A DNA stretch of 43,521 nucleotides, from assembly GCA_937969565.1 (NCBI GenBank), contig CALBVR010000300.1, positions 1 through 43,521 on the forward strand, read 5' to 3'. How positions within the stretch are numbered: the first letter of the stretch is position 1; every line of letters begins with the position of its first letter. The stretch is from an uncultured Acidimicrobiales bacterium (GTDB taxonomy: Bacteria; Actinomycetota; Acidimicrobiia; Acidimicrobiales; SHLQ01). A model generated the notes under the pieces. The model did not search any database. It had not been told where the DNA came from and saw only the letters and a program-made list of their open reading frames with translations. Shown here one piece after another: positions 1-7,528 of this stretch. The translations under genes and the position numbers were made by a program.

Positions 1-400
1 CGGTGCGGTCCAACGCCGACCGACCGAGGATCTTTTCGAGGTTCGCCTGCTGGGCGGGGCTGAGTTCGTCATCGAACACGACCGTGTCCGAGTCCACCGT
101 GACCGAGAGCTCGCGGACCTCATCCGCCTTGCCCTTGCCGATGAACGTGGCGGCGTCAGGCGACTGCCGCTTCTGGTGCACCCGGCCGACTTCATCTGCA
201 CCGGCGGTGTCGACAAGGAGTGCCAGCTCGTCGAGCGAGGCGTCGGTCTCTTCGCTGTTGCCCGGCGGCATCGTGACGCCCACGAGCACGATGCGCTCAC
301 GGAACGTCCGGTCGATCAGACCGCTGGATTCGCCGCCGTATTCACCGAATGCGCCGCGGTGGCCGGCGTCGTAGACCGGCTCGTCGTTCGAATCACCCAC
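1..400 (-). CDS. hflX: GTPase HflX, N-terminal part (gene runs off the window start)
   Basis: Manual minus-strand translation from GTG at 400 gives an open frame to position 2: VGDSNDEPVYDAG...RTFRERIVLVGV...LDELALLVDTAGADEVGRVHQKRQSPDAATFIGKGKADEVRELSV..DTVVFDDELSPAQQANLEKILGRSALDRT. These are typical HflX N-domain motifs (IGxGK, FDdELSPxQxxNLE). It is absent from the ORF track because there is no stop inside the window. The GTG overlaps the dapF stop (GTGGGTGA). The dapF-hflX order is the canonical one. Confidence 0.75.
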   Translation of the reverse strand, partial: MGDSNDEPVYDAGHRGAFGEYGGESSGLIDRTFRERIVLVGVTMPPGNSEETDASLDELALLVDTAGADEVGRVHQKRQSPDAATFIGKGKADEVRELSVTVDSDTVVFDDELSPAQQANLEKILGRSALDRT

Positions 401-1202
401 GTGGCACATCCACGACGGCCACGAAGGTGGCCGTTCCGGCAAGGACCGCGGTGGGCCGATCGTCCGTCGCCACATCGACCGTTGCGGATCCGCCCGGCAT
501 TCCGACGGTGACCGGATTCTGCACAGCACCCCATTCGACGAGGCGCTGGGCCGAGACCGTCGCCCCGCTGCCGCACGCCTGCGTGATGCCGGCGCCACGC
601 TCCCACACCCGCAGTTCCACTTCGGACGGGCCGACGACGCGCACGAAGTGCGCGTTCACGCCGCGGGGGAAGTGTGCCTCGATCTGTGGGCCGACGGCGG
701 CAAGGTCGACGTCGGCAGGGTCGTCGACCTGGAGTACGACGTGCGGGTTGCCCACGGCACCGGTAGCCCAGCGTTCCACGGAAAGATCGGTGAGACCGGC
801 AAGGAAGTCGTCCGCGTCGGGAGCGTCACCGGCGGAGACCGGGCCCATGTCGACCGATGCGAACGCCACGTTCGGCCGATCCGTCAGCTCGACCGAGCAG
901 GCCCGCACGCCGGCGAGCGTGTCGACGTCGATCTCCAGGCTCGTCACGTTTCGTCGCATGGCCACCGCCTGCACGAAACAGCGCAGGCCGTTGCCGGAGA
1001 TTTCTGCGGCGCTGCCGTCGGAGTTGAACAGCCGCATCGTGACCGAGGAACCCGCGTCGATCCCGAAGAGCAGACCGTCTGCGCCGATGCCCGTCCGCCG
1101 ATCGCACAGCTCCACAGCGAGCTCGGGCGCGTCAGCGGGCACCTCGTCCACGAATGTGACGAGGAAGTCGTTCCCGAGCGCATGATGTTTGGTCAGCTGC
1201 AT
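393..1202 (-). CDS. dapF: Diaminopimelate epimerase
   Basis: 269-aa ORF with MQLTKHHALGNDFLV, NSDGSAAEISGNGLRC and ACGSGA motifs. These give the two catalytic Cys contexts of DapF. Confidence 0.93.
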   Translation of the reverse strand: MQLTKHHALGNDFLVTFVDEVPADAPELAVELCDRRTGIGADGLLFGIDAGSSVTMRLFNSDGSAAEISGNGLRCFVQAVAMRRNVTSLEIDVDTLAGVRACSVELTDRPNVAFASVDMGPVSAGDAPDADDFLAGLTDLSVERWATGAVGNPHVVLQVDDPADVDLAAVGPQIEAHFPRGVNAHFVRVVGPSEVELRVWERGAGITQACGSGATVSAQRLVEWGAVQNPVTVGMPGGSATVDVATDDRPTAVLAGTATFVAVVDVPRG

Positions 1203-1235
1203 GGTTCTCCCAGTATGGCGGGCCTGGCGGGGCGA

Positions 1236-2159
1236 TCAGGCAGCAGCGGCGAGCTCCAGGGCTCGAGCCACGGCGGCGTCGTGATCGACTGCGCCGCTCA
1301 CGTCGAGATCCACCCATTCGATTCGCGGGTCCCGCCCGAACCACTTGAGCTGGCGACGAGCGAAGCGGCGGGTGCGTAGGCGGGCCTCGTCCAACATCGC
1401 TTCGAGTGGCTCACCCTGCTCGAGATGGCGCAACAGCTCCCGATAGCCCAGCGCCTGGCGGGCCGTTCGACCGATGCCGCTCGGGTGCTCGGAGAGGCGA
1501 GCAACCTCCTCGAGGAAGCCATCGGCCATCTGGACGTCGTAACGACGGTTGATCCGTTCGTCCATGAGATCGCGCCCCAACCGAAGGCCCATCAGCCGAA
1601 ACGGGATGTCCGGGTACTCCTCCAGGCCGGGGCCGAACGACGAGAACGGCCGGCCGGAACCGAGCGTCACCTCGAGCGCTCGGACAATCCGTCGGTCGTT
1701 GGCGGGATCGATACGACCCGCAGCCACCGGGTCGAGATCGACGAGGCGCTGGTAGAGCGAGGGCAGGTCGCCGATGGCAGCCGCCTCCAACTCCGCCTTC
1801 ACTTCGGGGAAGCGTCCCGGAATCTCGAGCGAGTCGATCACGGAGCGAAGGTGCAAGCCGGTACCGCCGACCAGCACCGGGGTCTTGCCCCGTGCAGCGA
1901 TGTCGTCACGGACCTCATGCCATGCGGTCTGGAACAGCGAAACCGTGAATTCCTCCCACGGGTCGGCAAGATCGAGCAGATGATGTGGCACCTGCGCTCG
2001 CTCCTGCGCCGTGGGCTTGGCGGTACCGATGTCCATACCCCGGTACACCTGCATCGAGTCGATCGACACGAGCTCGACGTCGGGAAGTGCCGCGGCAACC
2101 GCCATTGCGACGGCCGACTTCCCGGAGGCGGTCGGGCCGAGAATGCACAGCGGTTTCAT
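1236..2159 (-). CDS. miaA: tRNA dimethylallyltransferase
   Basis: The internal ATG at 2159 gives MKPLCILGPTASGKSAVAM (P-loop), then SIDSMQVYRGMDIGTAKP. The longer ORF to 2327 is an upstream extension. The ATG overlaps the stop of the upstream ORF (ATGA). Confidence 0.92.
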   Translation of the reverse strand: MKPLCILGPTASGKSAVAMAVAAALPDVELVSIDSMQVYRGMDIGTAKPTAQERAQVPHHLLDLADPWEEFTVSLFQTAWHEVRDDIAARGKTPVLVGGTGLHLRSVIDSLEIPGRFPEVKAELEAAAIGDLPSLYQRLVDLDPVAAGRIDPANDRRIVRALEVTLGSGRPFSSFGPGLEEYPDIPFRLMGLRLGRDLMDERINRRYDVQMADGFLEEVARLSEHPSGIGRTARQALGYRELLRHLEQGEPLEAMLDEARLRTRRFARRQLKWFGRDPRIEWVDLDVSGAVDHDAAVARALELAAAA

Positions 2160-2593
2160 CGGAACGCAGCGATCAGGCCGTACCAATCGAGCGTTGGCCC
2201 ATCGGGCAGACGTCCGCCGCTGTCGACGTAGGCATCGAGGAACGCGAGCGTCGCTTCGGCAGCGAAGGTCTCTGCCAGGGAGCGGAACACGATCGCCAGA
2301 TCCCGTTCCGGTGGATCCCATCCCCACGTTCCGACATCGTCGAAGGTCGTGTGGCTGTTCTCGAGCCGAGCGAGCGATGCGATCGGCGAGCCGTGGGTTC
2401 GTACCGGTGCCCCCATCGAGTCCGGGACGTTCTCCAGCATCGATCGCAGGGTCTCGTGCGAGACTCGGCCGAATGGTGCTGGCGCAGGAGTGCCGCTGTC
2501 GAGGGCAGCGAGTGCCGCCGCGACCTCGGTCGGCGTTGCCGGCGACAGTTCCGGCGCATCCGACGCGTGCAGCTCGGCCATCCCATGCCCCAT
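2156..2593 (-). CDS. Hypothetical protein with faint phosphotransferase (APH/ChoK-like) C-lobe resemblance
   Basis: ORF 2156..2734. The ATG at 2593 (MGHGMAEL...) avoids overlap with the miaB 3' end. The stop is coupled to the miaA start. The segment TFDDVGTWGWDPPERDLA resembles the IDW..G.P..DLA segment of kinase-like phosphotransferases, but the catalytic HGD is not conserved. Confidence 0.5.
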   Translation of the reverse strand: MGHGMAELHASDAPELSPATPTEVAAALAALDSGTPAPAPFGRVSHETLRSMLENVPDSMGAPVRTHGSPIASLARLENSHTTFDDVGTWGWDPPERDLAIVFRSLAETFAAEATLAFLDAYVDSGGRLPDGPTLDWYGLIAAFR

Positions 2594-2669
2594 CGATTGA
2601 ATGACGGGAATCGGGTTCTGGGCGAACTGGCTGTCGGTCGCCGTTCCCGTGAGCCGAAGGCGGACGAGC

Positions 2670-4127
2670 TCAGCCGGCAACAACGGGGATGCGCGTCCTG
2701 ACCTTGGGACCCCGCAGGGTCTCCCGAAGCTCACCCATCAGGTAGTGGGTGGCGGCTTCGGTGATCTCGACCGTTGCGAGGGCGCCCGCACGCAGGTCAG
2801 CCTCGAAGTGGACGAGCTTGTTCTGGCGGGTGCGACCGCTGATGACGCCGGGGTTCCGCTTCGACGGCCCCTCGATCACCACTTCCTCGATGCGTCCGAC
2901 GCGAGCAGCGTTCTTCGCCGCAGCGGAGCGTTCGATCACGTGCCGGAGGCGCTCCATGCGTTCCTTCGTGACCGGCTGCGGGATGAAGTCTTCGCCCATT
3001 TCCGCCGCTTCGGTGCCTTCGCGTGGAGAGAAGACGAAGGTGTAGGCCGAGTCGTAGCCAGCTTCCGCCGCCACCTCGAGGGTGCGTTCGAAATCGTCAT
3101 CGGTCTCGCCGGGGAAGCCGACGATGATGTCGGTGCTGACGGCCAGATCCTCGATCCCGTTCTGGGCGGCCTTCAGCCGCTCGAGATATCGCTCGGCCGT
3201 GTAGCCGCGATGCATCGCCTTGAGGATGCGATCGCTCCCCGACTGCAGTGGGAGGTGCAGATGGTTGCAGACGGCGTCGACCTCGGCCATGGCAGCGATC
3301 GTGTCGTCACGCAGATCCTTGGGATGCGGACTGGTGTAGCGAACTCGCTCGATCCCGGGGACGTCCCCAGCAGCGCGGAGCAGGTCGGAGAACAGAGGAC
3401 GACCGCGGCGACGGCCGCCGGTGGTCCAGCGTTCGCCCGCCTCATGAACGTCGAATTCTTCTTCGTCGCGGCCACCAAGCTTCAGGGTGATGTCGCGACC
3501 GTACGAGTTGACGTTCTGGCCGAGCAGCGTGATTTCTGCGACACCGTCGGAAGCAAGATGCTCGACTTCGCGTACGAGGTCACCGAACGGGCGGGAGATT
3601 TCCGGACCGCGCACCGATGGAACGATGCAGAAGGCGCAGCTGTTGTCGCAGCCGATCTGGATGGTGACCCAGGCGGCGTAGTCCACCTCGCGCTTTTCGG
3701 GAAGTGCGGAGGGAAAGGCTGCGTGCTCGGCGTCGACGGCCGCTTCGAGGATCTCGACGATCTGGCCATGTTCGCGGGATTCCGACAGGAGTTCCGCGGC
3801 CCGATGCACATTGTGGGTACCGAAGACCACGTCGACGTGCCCCGCCTTCGTGGCGACCAGGTCCTTGTCCTTCTGGGCAAGACAGCCGCCGACGGCAATC
3901 TGCATGTCCGGACGCCGCTCCTTCTCTGCCTTCAGATGGCCCAACGCGCCGTAGAGCTTGTTGTCGGCGTTCTCGCGGATGCAGCAGGTGTTGAGCATGA
4001 CGACGTCGGCCTCTTCGAGTTCGGTCGTCGGCTCGTACCCGTCGGCCTCGAGGAGGCCGGCGATGCGTTCGGAATCGTGCTCGTTCATCTGGCAGCCGTA
4101 GGTGCGCAGGAGGTACTTGCCCTTCAC
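2670..4127 (-). CDS. miaB: tRNA-i6A37 methylthiotransferase (radical SAM)
   Basis: Motifs YLLRTYGCQMNEHDS (UPF0004 N-domain), IQIGCDNSCAFCIVP (CxxxCxxC radical-SAM cluster) and a C-terminal TRAM-like region. I prefer GTG at 4127 (VKGKYLLRTYGCQMN). The maximal ORF starts at 4247. Confidence 0.92.
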   Translation of the reverse strand: MKGKYLLRTYGCQMNEHDSERIAGLLEADGYEPTTELEEADVVMLNTCCIRENADNKLYGALGHLKAEKERRPDMQIAVGGCLAQKDKDLVATKAGHVDVVFGTHNVHRAAELLSESREHGQIVEILEAAVDAEHAAFPSALPEKREVDYAAWVTIQIGCDNSCAFCIVPSVRGPEISRPFGDLVREVEHLASDGVAEITLLGQNVNSYGRDITLKLGGRDEEEFDVHEAGERWTTGGRRRGRPLFSDLLRAAGDVPGIERVRYTSPHPKDLRDDTIAAMAEVDAVCNHLHLPLQSGSDRILKAMHRGYTAERYLERLKAAQNGIEDLAVSTDIIVGFPGETDDDFERTLEVAAEAGYDSAYTFVFSPREGTEAAEMGEDFIPQPVTKERMERLRHVIERSAAAKNAARVGRIEEVVIEGPSKRNPGVISGRTRQNKLVHFEADLRAGALATVEITEAATHYLMGELRETLRGPKVRTRIPVVAG

Positions 4128-4209
4128 GATGCCAAGGTTACTGCCCCATCGACACGGTGGCTCCGGCGAGCGCGATGGGCCGTAACCGGGCGGCAACACA
4201 CCCGTGAAA

Positions 4210-4223
4210 TTACATCGATGTAA
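4210..4223. promoter_or_regulatory. Perfect 14-bp AT-rich palindrome TTACATCGATGTAA in the miaB / small-ORF divergent region (candidate operator)
   Basis: Read directly from the sequence; it is self-complementary over all 14 nt. It sits in the lowest-GC patch of the 4128-4348 intergenic region, about 90 nt upstream of the preferred miaB start and about 130 nt upstream of the 4349 ORF. Confidence 0.35.
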
Positions 4224-4348
4224 CACGCTGCGCGCGAAAGAATGCACCCATTGCGCGAATCTGTGTTGCTAGTGTGAAGATCCGCGGACGGAGTCGCGAG
4301 TTGCTTTTGCAACGACCGAAGGGCCACCAGGACGTACTTGGAGGACCC

Positions 4349-4537
4349 ATGACACGACGATTCGGCTACCCCATGCTGGGGTTGTTTGTGATCTATCTCA
4401 TTTCACTCAACGCAGCAGAGACCGGTGAGCGAGGAAACGACTTCCTCGGCATCGTTGCCGGCCTTGCCAACGCAATGCTCGAATTCTTCCGCGGCGTGGC
4501 CGGCGGTTCCGGAGTCTCCCAGGCTCTCGGTCTCTGA
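4349..4537 (+). CDS. Small hypothetical membrane protein (62 aa)
   Basis: ATG at 4349 preceded by TGGAGGACCC (RBS). The N-terminal hydrophobic helix is MLGLFVIYLISL. Only 6 nt separate it from the next gene. Confidence 0.45.
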   Translation: MTRRFGYPMLGLFVIYLISLNAAETGERGNDFLGIVAGLANAMLEFFRGVAGGSGVSQALGL

Positions 4538-4543
4538 CCACCG

Positions 4544-5296
4544 ATGACGGAGCACGCCGCTGCGGCGGGCTGGGAGCACCCCCAGAAGACGCAGAACGAT
4601 TGGTTGCGGCTGCTCATCGCTCCCCCGCGCGACGTCGACGTGCTGATTGCCGATGAGATGGTGTACTACAAGGCACCCAAGCACGTGGCGAGCCTGGCCG
4701 AGCCGATCCTCGAGACAGCGGCCGTCATCATCCTCGTCACTGTGGCCCTCCTCCGGCCGCAGTGGGAGGGGTTGAACCTCGGCGCCCTCATCGTCGTGCT
4801 TGCGGCCATCGCCATGTGGCGTTGGGTCAAACAACGCACGTGGGGCTGGGGAGCGCTCGTCGGCGGTGTCGTTCTCGGCTACGTCGTGCTCACCAACGAT
4901 TTCGACCCGCTGGCCCTCGTGCCCATCATTGGACTGTTGTTCATTGCCCGGCTGGGGGTGAAGATCTTGCGCTGGTGGAAGTACGAGGTCCGCTACCTCA
5001 CGAATCGCCGCATCATCGAGGCGACAGGATTTCTGGGGCTGCGGGTGGCATCGATGCCCGTGAGCCACGTCACCGACCTCGTTCTCACCCGAACGACCGG
5101 CGGAGAGCTCTTTGGGTACGGCGACCTCCGCATCGAATCCGCCGGGCAGGACCAGTCGCTGGCCAGTATCCCCTGGCTGGTCGAACCACGGGCCTTCCAT
5201 CGGCTTGCCGTCCGACTGGCCACGAAGCCGAGCGAAATCAACCCCAAGGACTTCATCGAACTGCGCCCCGTCCGCCAGATCGACCACCGCTCCTGA
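4544..5296 (+). CDS. Membrane protein with bacterial PH domain (YdbS/bPH_2-like)
   Basis: 250 aa. Hydrophobic helices are followed by YLTNRRIIEATGFLGLRVASMPVSHVTDLVLTRT..GELFGYGDLRIESAGQ, the typical bPH_2 pattern. Confidence 0.72.
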   Translation: MTEHAAAAGWEHPQKTQNDWLRLLIAPPRDVDVLIADEMVYYKAPKHVASLAEPILETAAVIILVTVALLRPQWEGLNLGALIVVLAAIAMWRWVKQRTWGWGALVGGVVLGYVVLTNDFDPLALVPIIGLLFIARLGVKILRWWKYEVRYLTNRRIIEATGFLGLRVASMPVSHVTDLVLTRTTGGELFGYGDLRIESAGQDQSLASIPWLVEPRAFHRLAVRLATKPSEINPKDFIELRPVRQIDHRS

Positions 5297-5315
5297 TCCA
5301 CGGTCCCCTCCAACG

Positions 5316-5350
5316 CCGAGCGCCCCGCCACATCGTGGCGGGGCGCTCGG
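5316..5350. terminator. Bidirectional intrinsic-terminator hairpin between convergent PH-domain gene and recA
   Basis: CCGAGCGCCCCGCCAC-atc-GTGGCGGGGCGCTCGG forms a perfect 16-bp GC-rich stem. It is followed by TTGTT on the plus strand. It lies between the stop codons at 5296 and 5394. Confidence 0.6.
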
Positions 5351-5393
5351 TTGTTCAGGACCATCGGCGGATCGAGCCCGCCGAATCCACCGG

Positions 5394-6458
5394 TCAGTCG
5401 TCGAGCAGGATTGGCTCGTCGTCGGCGTCGGAGAACTCATCGGTGAGGTCGACGACCTCCTCGGTCTCCCCTTCCGGTGTTGGCATGACCAGACGGGTCA
5501 CCCGATCGGTGATCTCCACCATGACTTCCGGGTTCTCGGTCAGGAAGTCCTTGGCCTTTTCCCGACCCTGACCGAGCTGTTCACCCTCGTACGTGTACCA
5601 GGCACCCGACTTCTTCACGACGTCGTGTTCGGCCGCAAGATCGAGCACGGAACCCTCACGACTGATGCCGTGGCCGTACATGATGTCGAACTCGGCCTGA
5701 CGGAACGGCGGAGCCACCTTGTTCTTGACGACCTTGACACGGGTGCGGTTGCCGACGACTTCGGCGCCCTGCTTGATGGACTCGATACGACGGATGTCGA
5801 GACGAACCGAAGAGTAGAACTTGAGCGCACGGCCGCCAGGCGTGGTCTCTGGCGAACCGAACATCACGCCGATCTTCTCACGCAACTGGTTGATGAAGAT
5901 GCAGATGGTGTCGGTCTTGTTCAGGTTGGCGGTGAGCTTGCGCAACGCCTGCGACATGAGGCGAGCCTGGGCACCCACGTGATGATCGCCCATGTCGCCT
6001 TCGATCTCGGCCTTCGGCGTGAGGGCCGCCACCGAGTCGATCACGATCACGTCCAGTGCACCGGAGCGCACGAGCATGTCGCAGATCTCGAGCGCCTGCT
6101 CGCCGGTGTCCGGCTGGGAGATGAGCAGGCTGTCGATGTCGACACCGATCGCCTTGGCGTACACCGGATCCATCGCATGCTCGGCATCGATGTAGGCACA
6201 GGTGCCGCCGTTGCGCTGCGCTTCGGCCACGACGTGCGTGGCGAGCGTGGACTTGCCCGAGGACTCCGGGCCGTAGATCTCGGTGACACGACCGCGGGGC
6301 AGACCGCCGATACCGAGGGCGAGGTCCAACGCCAGTGCGCCGGTGGGGACGGACTCGATGGCCATCGAACCCTTCTCGCCCATGCGCATCACGGAACCCT
6401 TGCCGAACTGCTTTTCGATCTGGCCGAGTGCCATGTCGAGTGCTTTGTCTCGCTCCAC
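5394..6458 (-). CDS. recA: Recombinase RecA
   Basis: Motifs [33 protein letters not shown] (Walker A) and [10 protein letters not shown] (Walker B), plus an acidic C-terminal tail. The preferred start is GTG 6458, preceded by AAGGAGACAGAAACA. The ORF-track start at 6626 is an upstream extension. No intein. Confidence 0.95.
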   Translation of the reverse strand: MERDKALDMALGQIEKQFGKGSVMRMGEKGSMAIESVPTGALALDLALGIGGLPRGRVTEIYGPESSGKSTLATHVVAEAQRNGGTCAYIDAEHAMDPVYAKAIGVDIDSLLISQPDTGEQALEICDMLVRSGALDVIVIDSVAALTPKAEIEGDMGDHHVGAQARLMSQALRKLTANLNKTDTICIFINQLREKIGVMFGSPETTPGGRALKFYSSVRLDIRRIESIKQGAEVVGNRTRVKVVKNKVAPPFRQAEFDIMYGHGISREGSVLDLAAEHDVVKKSGAWYTYEGEQLGQGREKAKDFLTENPEVMVEITDRVTRLVMPTPEGETEEVVDLTDEFSDADDEPILLDD

Positions 6459-6593
6459 TGTTTCTGTCTCCTTGGTTGCCGCAGGACCTGCCCTGCGGTG
6501 CTGCATCCGGTGACCCGAATGCGATGCTCTGTTGATTTGGGAAGTGGTGCTGACCCTAGAGAGGGGGTGTGACACGCTCTTGGTAACGACACG

Positions 6594-6622
6594 AATGTAA
6601 TTGCGAACAACTGTTCGGGCAA
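6594..6622 (-). promoter_or_regulatory. Candidate sigma-A type recA promoter (-35 TTGCCC, 17-nt spacer, -10 TACATT)
   Basis: The minus strand reads TTGCCC-GAACAGTTGTTCGCAAT-TACATT. The spacer contains SOS box 1. This implies a leader of about 130 nt. Confidence 0.45.
6604..6617. promoter_or_regulatory. LexA (SOS/Cheo-type) box 1: CGAAC-AACT-GTTCG
   Basis: Matches the Gram-positive/actinobacterial LexA consensus (T)CGAAC-N4-GTTCG(A). It is located inside the recA promoter spacer. Confidence 0.7.
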
Positions 6623-6642
6623 GCATTTCGGTGACGAATTTT

Positions 6643-6656
6643 CGAACGGACGTTCG
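6643..6656. promoter_or_regulatory. LexA (SOS) box 2: CGAAC-GGAC-GTTCG
   Basis: Second perfect CGAAC-N4-GTTCG, 39 bp from box 1. It lies 73 nt upstream of the divergent ATG at 6729. Confidence 0.65.
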
Positions 6657-6728
6657 CAGCGAGCGGAAGCCCGTTTCGCACGGCTGGCATTTACCTCGGT
6701 TTCACCCCTCCCCCGTCACGGTGCCCCC

Positions 6729-7520
6729 ATGACGACGACCCGAGCATCACACCCGATCCGCCACACCGAACGCACGAACGTCGTGCCGCTGTTCCGCCAG
6801 CAACCTCCGGCGTCGACCGAGGACTGGCACGCCGACTTCGCCATCCGGGCCGGCGCCCACACCGACGTGACCACCAGCGGCATGTGGATTCTCGCACCGG
6901 TCGTCCACGACGGACTCCGACGATCGCTCCCCACGTTTCAGCTCGGCGAGATGGGAACCGGCTGGCATCTCACGAAGATGGCGGCCCGCACCGGCGACCT
7001 CCACTACCTCGAGGCGATCCGCTACTTCGTTGCCGAGGAGCAGGAGCACGCCCGTCTCCTCGCCCTCGTCTGCGAAGCGCTGGACATCGACATGATCCAG
7101 GAGCATTGGACCGACGCCGTCTTTCAACGAGCCCGGAGGATCTGTGGCCTTCGGGCCGAGGTCCTCATTCTTCTCGTTGCCGAGGTCGTCTCGAGTCGGT
7201 TCTACGAAATCCTCTCCACCGGTGTGGGCGACCCGACGCTCGCCCGCCTCTTCGCCCGGATTCACGCCGACGAGCTTCGCCATCTGGACTTTCATGCCGC
7301 GACCCTCCCCGCCCACCTGCAGCAATGGTCGCCGGCGCCGCGCCGGTTCGCCCGAACGGTCTGGAACGCGACGGCGATCGGCGCTGCCGCCGTGGTCGCC
7401 TGGGATCACCGAAAGCTGCTGCGCGCCTGCAACTCGGGCCCGGTGCGCTTCTTCCGGGACTGCACGAAGCGCATTCGATCCACCGATGCCCGCTTCTTCG
7501 ACCCGTCCGACGCCGGCTGA
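6729..7520 (+). CDS. Ferritin-like di-iron-carboxylate family protein
   Basis: 263 aa with two ExxH motifs in helical context (FVAEEQEHARLL and IHADELRHLDFH), typical of ferritin-like/di-iron proteins. Divergent from recA. Confidence 0.68.
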   Translation: MTTTRASHPIRHTERTNVVPLFRQQPPASTEDWHADFAIRAGAHTDVTTSGMWILAPVVHDGLRRSLPTFQLGEMGTGWHLTKMAARTGDLHYLEAIRYFVAEEQEHARLLALVCEALDIDMIQEHWTDAVFQRARRICGLRAEVLILLVAEVVSSRFYEILSTGVGDPTLARLFARIHADELRHLDFHAATLPAHLQQWSPAPRRFARTVWNATAIGAAAVVAWDHRKLLRACNSGPVRFFRDCTKRIRSTDARFFDPSDAG

Positions 7521-7528
7521 CGCACGGC

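Noticed and set aside
2601-4223. 540-aa plus-strand ORF
   Set aside because: It is entirely antisense to the clearly recognisable miaB. Its translation is Arg/Ala/Gly-rich low complexity, typical of shadow ORFs in high-GC DNA.
4241-4250. The 10-mer AATGCACCCA is shared between the miaB upstream region and the DUF3040 upstream region (24929-24938)
   Set aside because: Many exact 10-mer coincidences are expected by chance among all position pairs in 43.5 kb on two strands. There is no flanking similarity.
5112-6572. 486-aa plus-strand ORF, and the 345-aa minus ORF 4403..5440
   Set aside because: They are antisense to recA and to the PH-domain gene respectively. They have no recognisable motifs and are high-GC shadow frames.
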